Shown here one piece after another: positions 59,037-64,000 of a DNA stretch of 64,000 nt; the stretch's first letter is position 1, and every line of letters starts with the position of its first letter. This DNA is from an uncultured Solirubrobacterales bacterium (lineage in GTDB: Bacteria; Actinomycetota; Thermoleophilia; Solirubrobacterales; Solirubrobacteraceae): positions 230,503 to 294,502 of the forward strand of contig CAVTNE010000010.1 in NCBI GenBank assembly GCA_963735965.1, written 5' to 3'. The position numbers and the translations under genes were made by a program. The notes beneath the pieces are model-generated. The model had not been told where the DNA came from. It worked only from the letters and a program-made list of their open reading frames with translations, and did no database searches.

Positions 59037-60131
59037 TTACAGATCGATCTCGACGGGGCCTTCGGGCGCGCTGATGCACGTCCTGATGACCTCGCCCTCC
59101 TGGCCGTAGACCTTGCCGTTGCGCAGGTCGCGGACCCGGCCGCTACGCAGCTCGCCCACGCAGGTGTGACAGATGCCCTCGCGGCAGCCGAACGGGAGGT
59201 CGAGGCCCGCCTCCTCGCCGGCGACGAGGATCGGCACGCTCCCGTCGGACTCGGCCTCGCATTCGGACATGCAGAACTTGATCGTCCCCCCCTCACCCTC
59301 GCCGGTGAGCCCGAGCTTGGGCTGAAAGCGCTCCATGTGCAGCCGGTCGCAGTCGGCGCCTGATTCGAAGTGCTCGGTGAAGGCGTCGAGCATGTCGTTC
59401 GGCCCGGAGATGTAGGTGTCGCGCTCGCGCCAGTCCGGGCACAGACGGTCGAGGTCGCCCGGACCCATGCGCCCGTTCTCGCGCGTGAGCTGCTCGTGGA
59501 GGTGGAAGCGGTCGTGCTTGGCGGCGAGGCCCCGGAGGTCGTCTCCGAACATGACCTCGTCGGTCTCGCGCGCCGAATGCAGAACGACGACGTCCGGCAT
59601 CTCTTCGGCGTGGTCGAGGTGGCGGAGCATGCTCATGATCGGCGTGATCCCGCTGCCGGCGCTGATGAACAGGAGCTTGGGCGGCAGCGGGTCGGGGAGC
59701 ACGAACTCGCCCTCGATCTTCGAGAGCGAGACGATCGTGCCCGGCTTGGCGCGGTCAACCAGGTAGGGCGAGACCTTGCCGTCGTCGACGCGCTTGGGCG
59801 TGATGCTGATCAGGCCGTCCTCGCGGTAGGGGTCGGAGGTCAGCGAGTACGCGCGCCAGTGCCGGACGCCGTCGATGTCGATCCCGATCCGCACGTACTG
59901 GCCGGGCTTGTGACCCGGCCAGCGGTAGCCCGGCTTGATCAGGATCGTCGCCGCCTGCTCGGTCTCGTGCTTGACATCCTGGATGCGACCGCGGAGCTCG
60001 CGGGTCGACCAGAGCGGGTTGATCAGCTCGAGGTAGTCGTCGGGCAGCAGCGGCGAGCTCAGCGACTCGAGCGCCTTGAGCACGCGGCGCTGGACCGGGT
60101 GAACGTTTGGGGGTGCGCCTCTTTCGGGCAT
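59037..60131 (-). CDS. FAD/NAD(P)H oxidoreductase with C-terminal 2Fe-2S ferredoxin (desaturase partner)
   Basis: PGQY, RAYSLTS, AGSGITP, GCREGICHTC...C. Confidence 0.9.
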   Translation of the reverse strand: MPERGAPPNVHPVQRRVLKALESLSSPLLPDDYLELINPLWSTRELRGRIQDVKHETEQAATILIKPGYRWPGHKPGQYVRIGIDIDGVRHWRAYSLTSDPYREDGLISITPKRVDDGKVSPYLVDRAKPGTIVSLSKIEGEFVLPDPLPPKLLFISAGSGITPIMSMLRHLDHAEEMPDVVVLHSARETDEVMFGDDLRGLAAKHDRFHLHEQLTRENGRMGPGDLDRLCPDWRERDTYISGPNDMLDAFTEHFESGADCDRLHMERFQPKLGLTGEGEGGTIKFCMSECEAESDGSVPILVAGEEAGLDLPFGCREGICHTCVGELRSGRVRDLRNGKVYGQEGEVIRTCISAPEGPVEIDL

Positions 60132-60132
60132 C

Positions 60133-60144
60133 TACTGATGAGTA
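60133..60144. promoter_or_regulatory. Candidate TetR operator
   Basis: TACT-GATG-AGTA palindrome next to the oxidoreductase start, in the divergent TetR spacer. Confidence 0.45.
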
Positions 60145-60174
60145 ATATCCAGTCCGGGTAGGTTCCTAACCACC

Positions 60175-60834
60175 TTGCGAGAAACTTCTGGGACAGCTGA
60201 GAGCTCGGCGTCGGGCGTGCGCCGGCGAGCGGGGACACGCGGAGTGCCGCGCGAACGGCGCGAGCAGGAGATCCTCGACGTGGCGGGCGCGATCTTCGCG
60301 CGGGCCGGCTACCACTCGGCCTCGATGGACGAGATCGCCGACTCCGCCGGGGTGTCCAAGCCCATGGTCTACGCCTACTTCGGGTCCAAGGAGGGGCTGT
60401 ACCTGGCGTACATCGAGCGCGCCGGCGGCGAGCTGCTCGAGCGGCTCGTGGCGGCGAGGTCGCCGGACCCAACGCCGGGGGCGCGCCTGCGGGCGCGGAT
60501 CACCGAGTTCCTGGCGTTCGTCGAGGAGCACGGCGACGGCTGGCGGGTTCTGTTCCGCGAGACCGGCTCGACGCAGCCGATCGCCGAGCACGTCGCCGAG
60601 ATCCGCGAGCGCATCGCGGCTGCGATCGGGACCATGATCGAAGCCGGCGCGGGCTCGTGGCCAGGCTATGGGCCGCCGAGGTCCGACGCGATCGCGCACG
60701 CGCTCGTCGGCGCCGGCGAGTCGCTGGCCAACTGGTGGCTCGACCACCCCGACGTCGGGCGCGATCAGGTCGCCGATTGGTATCTCGGCGTCGTGCAGGC
60801 CGTCCTGGCCGGCCCTCGCCGCGCGTCCGGCTAG
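60175..60834 (+). CDS. TetR/AcrR-family regulator
   Basis: ILDVAGAIF...SMDEIADSAGVSKPMVYAYFGSKEGL. True start may be downstream. Confidence 0.9.
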   Translation: MRETSGTAESSASGVRRRAGTRGVPRERREQEILDVAGAIFARAGYHSASMDEIADSAGVSKPMVYAYFGSKEGLYLAYIERAGGELLERLVAARSPDPTPGARLRARITEFLAFVEEHGDGWRVLFRETGSTQPIAEHVAEIRERIAAAIGTMIEAGAGSWPGYGPPRSDAIAHALVGAGESLANWWLDHPDVGRDQVADWYLGVVQAVLAGPRRASG

Positions 60835-60838
60835 GTCG

Positions 60839-61516
60839 CTACTGCATCTCGAGCAGCCGCTCGAGCCCGACCACGGGCGACTCAGTGAGGTCGCCGACCT
60901 TGCGGACCGCGAGCAGCACCCCGGGCATGAACGACTCGCGATCGGTCGAGTCGTGGCGGATCGTCAACGTCTGGCCGACGTCGCCGAGGATGACCTCCTG
61001 ATGGGCCACCAGCCCGGGGAGGCGGACGGAGTGGATGGGCGGCGTGGCTCCGGTTTGCGAGGCTGCCGCCATCAGGGCCGCGGTCCGGGCCGCGGTGCCG
61101 CTCGGGGCGTCGAGCTTCCGGTCGTGGTGAAGCTCGATGATCTCGGCCTTGGCCATGTGCCTCGCGGCCTGGGTCGCGAACTGCATCATCAGCACGGCGC
61201 CGATCGCGAAGTTGGGAGCGACGAAGATGTTCCCCTTGGCGTCTTTGAGGTCGTCGAGCTCGTGCGGGTCGAACCCGGTGGTCCCGATAACGACGTGCAC
61301 GCCGGCGGTGGCGGCCTCGCGGGCGTTGGCGACCGCACTCGCCGGGATCGTGAAGTCGACAAGCACGTCGGCGTCCTCGAGGACGGCGATGACGGGCGTG
61401 TCCACCGCGGGATCGGCGCGCCCGGTGAGCTCCATGTCCGGCGCGGCCTCGACGGCGTTGCAGACCGTCTGTCCCATGCGCCCGGCCGCGCCCGCGACCG
61501 CGACCCGGATCGCCAC
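60839..61516 (-). CDS. dapB: 4-hydroxy-tetrahydrodipicolinate reductase
   Basis: GAAGRMG, VDFT, GTTG, APNFAIG, ELHHDRKLDAPSGTA. Confidence 0.95.
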   Translation of the reverse strand: MAIRVAVAGAAGRMGQTVCNAVEAAPDMELTGRADPAVDTPVIAVLEDADVLVDFTIPASAVANAREAATAGVHVVIGTTGFDPHELDDLKDAKGNIFVAPNFAIGAVLMMQFATQAARHMAKAEIIELHHDRKLDAPSGTAARTAALMAAASQTGATPPIHSVRLPGLVAHQEVILGDVGQTLTIRHDSTDRESFMPGVLLAVRKVGDLTESPVVGLERLLEMQ

Positions 61517-61518
61517 GC

Positions 61519-62802
61519 CTAGCGCGTCTCCACGAGCGCCGGCCCGACCGCCCCCAGCGCCTCCTCGAAGCGGGCCTCTTCCGGCCCGATGCCGGCGGCC
61601 GACAGCCGTTCGGGCGACCACAGCTCGTCGACGAGCCCGGCGAGGTCGTCGAGCGTGACGGCGTCGATCCGCTCGACGGTCTCATCGAGCGAGAGCAGCG
61701 GCATCCCGGCGAGGATCTCCGAGCCCAGGCGGTTCATGCGCGCGCCGGTCGACTCGAGCGCGAGCACCACTCGCCCCTTCAGGTTCTCCTTGGCGCGCTC
61801 GAGCTCTTCGGCGGTGGCGGGCTGCTCGCGCAGACGCTCGAGCTCGGCTCCGACCACGGCCAGGCCTTCGGCGACGTTGTCGGGCCGCGTGCCGATGTAC
61901 AGCCCGACCTGCCCGGTGTCCTGATAGGCGCTCGTGAACGAGTAGACGGCATAGGCCAGCCCCCGGCGCTCGCGGACCTCCTGGAACAGCCGTGAGGACG
62001 AGGTCCCGCCGAACACGTTGTCGAGCACACGCAGCGCGAACCGGCGGTCGTCGTGCCGCGCCAGGCCCGGGCCGCCGAGGCACACGTGGTACTGCTCAGT
62101 GTCCTTACGCTCGAAGCGGTAATGGGCGGCGACCGGCGGCGGCGCGGGCGGGGCGTGCGGAGCCCGACCGTTCGTTCGCTCCGACACGGCGCGCGCGGCG
62201 AGCTCGACGAACGCGTCGTGGTCGACCGCGCCGGCGGCCGCGATCACGACGTTGCCGGGGCCGTAACGGCTCGAGTGAAAGTGCTTGATCTCCTGAGGCG
62301 GCGTCTCGGCGATCACGGGCGCCCGCCCGATGATCGCGCGCCCGAGCGGATGCTCTCCGAACACGGCCTCGCCGAGGAGGTCGAACACCTTCTCCTGAGG
62401 GTCATCCTCGTACATCGCGATCTCTTCGAGGATCACGGCGCGCTCGGAGTCGATGTCGGTCAGCGCCGGGCGGAAGACCATGTCCGCCATCACGTCGAAC
62501 GCCTCGGGGACATGCTCGTCAATCACGCGCGCGTAGACCGACGTCGTCTCCTTGCCGGTTCCGGCGTTGAGCTCGGCGCCCATCGCGTCGAAGATCTGAT
62601 CGATCTCGAGCGAGCCGTACTTCTCGGTGCCCTTGAACAGGAGATGCTCGAGCAGGTGCGACAGCCCGGCGTGCTGGTCGTCCTCGTTACGCGAGCCGGT
62701 ACCGATCCAGAACCCGACCGAGACGGATCGGACCGAGGGCATGGCCTCGGTCACGACCCGTACGCCCGAATCCAGCGTGGTCAGCTTGTGCTGCTGGAGC
62801 AC
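61519..62802 (-). CDS. M16 family zinc peptidase
   Basis: HLLEH (HxxEH), LNA, SSRLFQEVRERRGLAY; lies between pnp and dapB. Confidence 0.93.
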   Translation of the reverse strand: MLQQHKLTTLDSGVRVVTEAMPSVRSVSVGFWIGTGSRNEDDQHAGLSHLLEHLLFKGTEKYGSLEIDQIFDAMGAELNAGTGKETTSVYARVIDEHVPEAFDVMADMVFRPALTDIDSERAVILEEIAMYEDDPQEKVFDLLGEAVFGEHPLGRAIIGRAPVIAETPPQEIKHFHSSRYGPGNVVIAAAGAVDHDAFVELAARAVSERTNGRAPHAPPAPPPVAAHYRFERKDTEQYHVCLGGPGLARHDDRRFALRVLDNVFGGTSSSRLFQEVRERRGLAYAVYSFTSAYQDTGQVGLYIGTRPDNVAEGLAVVGAELERLREQPATAEELERAKENLKGRVVLALESTGARMNRLGSEILAGMPLLSLDETVERIDAVTLDDLAGLVDELWSPERLSAAGIGPEEARFEEALGAVGPALVETR

Positions 62803-62812
62803 GTGTGTCTGC

Positions 62813-64000
62813 TCAGCGGCGCTCGGGATCGCGATCCCGCACGCGTCCGGCGTCACGGGCGCCATCGCGGGCGGCGTCGCGAGCACCGTCGCGCGGGGGG
62901 CGGTCGCGGTCACGGTCGCGCGGGCCGCGGCGGTCGCGGTCGCGCGCATCGCGTCCACCGCGGTCGCTGCGTTCGCGGCGCGGCGGACCGTTGTCGCCGG
63001 TGCCGACCGCGGCCAGCTCCTCGACGCTCTTGCCGGCGATGTCCGGATCGTCGGCCAGGCGCAGCCCGATCCGGCCGCGCTCGCGGTCGACCTCGACCAC
63101 CCTGACGTTCAGCTCGTCGCCCTTGTTGAGCACCTCCTCGACCGACGCGATCCGGCGGCCCGGCGCGATGTTCGAGATGTGAAGCAGACCGTCGGTGCCC
63201 TTGGCGAGCTCGACGAAGGCGCCGAACGCGGTCGTCTTGACGACCTTGCCGGTGAACTCGTCGCCGACCTCGACCTCCTTGGTCATCGACCGGATGCGGT
63301 CGACGAGCGCGTCGCCGCGCTCCCGGTCGGCGGCGTAGACCAGCACCATGCCCTCGTCGTTGACGTCGATCTGGGACTCGAACTCCTCCTGGAGGGCCCG
63401 GATCGTCTCTCCGCCCTTGCCGATCAGCAGGCCGATCTTCTCGGGGTCGATCTGGACCGAGGAGATGCCGGGCGCGTACTTGGACAGCTCGGACCGCGGC
63501 GCGTCGATCACCTTGTTCATCTCGCCCAGGATGAACGTCCGGGCGGACTTGGCCTGGGTCAAGGCGTCACGCAGGATCTCGAACGTCACGCCCGTGATCT
63601 TGATGTCCATCTGGAGCGCGGTGATGCCGTTCTCCGTGCCGGCGACCTTGAAGTCCATGTCGCCGAGATGGTCCTCGACCCCCGCGATGTCGGTAAGGAC
63701 GATGTAGTCGTCGCCCTCCTTGATCAGGCCCATGGCGATGCCGGCCACGGCCCGCGGAAGCGGGACGCCGGCGTCCATGAGGGAGAGACTCGATCCGCAG
63801 ACGGAGGCCATGCTGGACGATCCGTTCGACTCGAGGATGTCCGAGACGACGCGGATCGTGTACGGGAACTCCTCCTGGCTGGGGATCATCGGGACGAGCG
63901 CCCGCTCGGCGAGCGCGCCGTGGCCGATGTCGCGGCGCTTGGGGCCCCGCATCGGGCCGGCCTCGCCCACCGAGAACCCTGGGAAGTTGTAGTGGTGGAA
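62813..64000 (-). CDS. pnp: Polyribonucleotide nucleotidyltransferase (3' part)
   Basis: RRDIGHG, ESNGSSSMAS, DMDFKVAG, KH and S1 domains. Confidence 0.97.
   Translation of the reverse strand, partial: FHHYNFPGFSVGEAGPMRGPKRRDIGHGALAERALVPMIPSQEEFPYTIRVVSDILESNGSSSMASVCGSSLSLMDAGVPLPRAVAGIAMGLIKEGDDYIVLTDIAGVEDHLGDMDFKVAGTENGITALQMDIKITGVTFEILRDALTQAKSARTFILGEMNKVIDAPRSELSKYAPGISSVQIDPEKIGLLIGKGGETIRALQEEFESQIDVNDEGMVLVYAADRERGDALVDRIRSMTKEVEVGDEFTGKVVKTTAFGAFVELAKGTDGLLHISNIAPGRRIASVEEVLNKGDELNVRVVEVDRERGRIGLRLADDPDIAGKSVEELAAVGTGDNGPPRRERSDRGGRDARDRDRRGPRDRDRDRPPRDGARDAARDGARDAGRVRDRDPERR

Noticed and set aside
1-64000. tRNA, rRNA, integrase, transposase, prophage or defence genes
   Set aside because: None recognised by eye; short RNA genes cannot be fully excluded without tRNAscan or Infernal.

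Overview
High-GC, gene-dense chromosomal segment of an actinobacterium. Gene content and order suggest Thermoleophilia/Solirubrobacterales (inference). The minus strand carries a housekeeping backbone: pnp - M16 peptidase - dapB ... dapA - rnj ... ftsK - rodZ-like - cinA - thpR ... recA - recX - rny ... miaB ... miaA ... dapF - dapL-like - hflX - dut ... leuA ... leuC. Small accessory modules sit at most junctions: a desaturase pair with TetR, an ABC exporter with a NarL two-component system, MarR/MFS, two OmpR systems, secreted phosphoesterases, a G1 peptidase, and a lipid kinase-murT-methyltransferase-gatD operon. I saw no rRNA, tRNA, CRISPR array, transposase or prophage. Most notable observations: (1) a LAGLIDADG intein inside the CxxxCxxC motif of an SOS-boxed radical SAM gene; (2) a shared CCGTCCG-N10-(-10) promoter motif at recA and that gene; (3) a Leu-rich leader peptide and structured leader before leuA, missed by the ORF track; (4) a scrambled ECF sigma/SecD-domain locus whose ancestral order can be rebuilt from microhomologies; (5) a methyltransferase coupled between murT and gatD; (6) a 998-aa PAS-coiled-coil-GAF protein with no output domain; (7) a long structured leader or ncRNA before rny; (8) a repeat-rich spacer upstream of recA. 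Several single-base lesions, one in ftsK, suggest sequencing or assembly error. All family calls come from motif recognition by eye; no searches were run.
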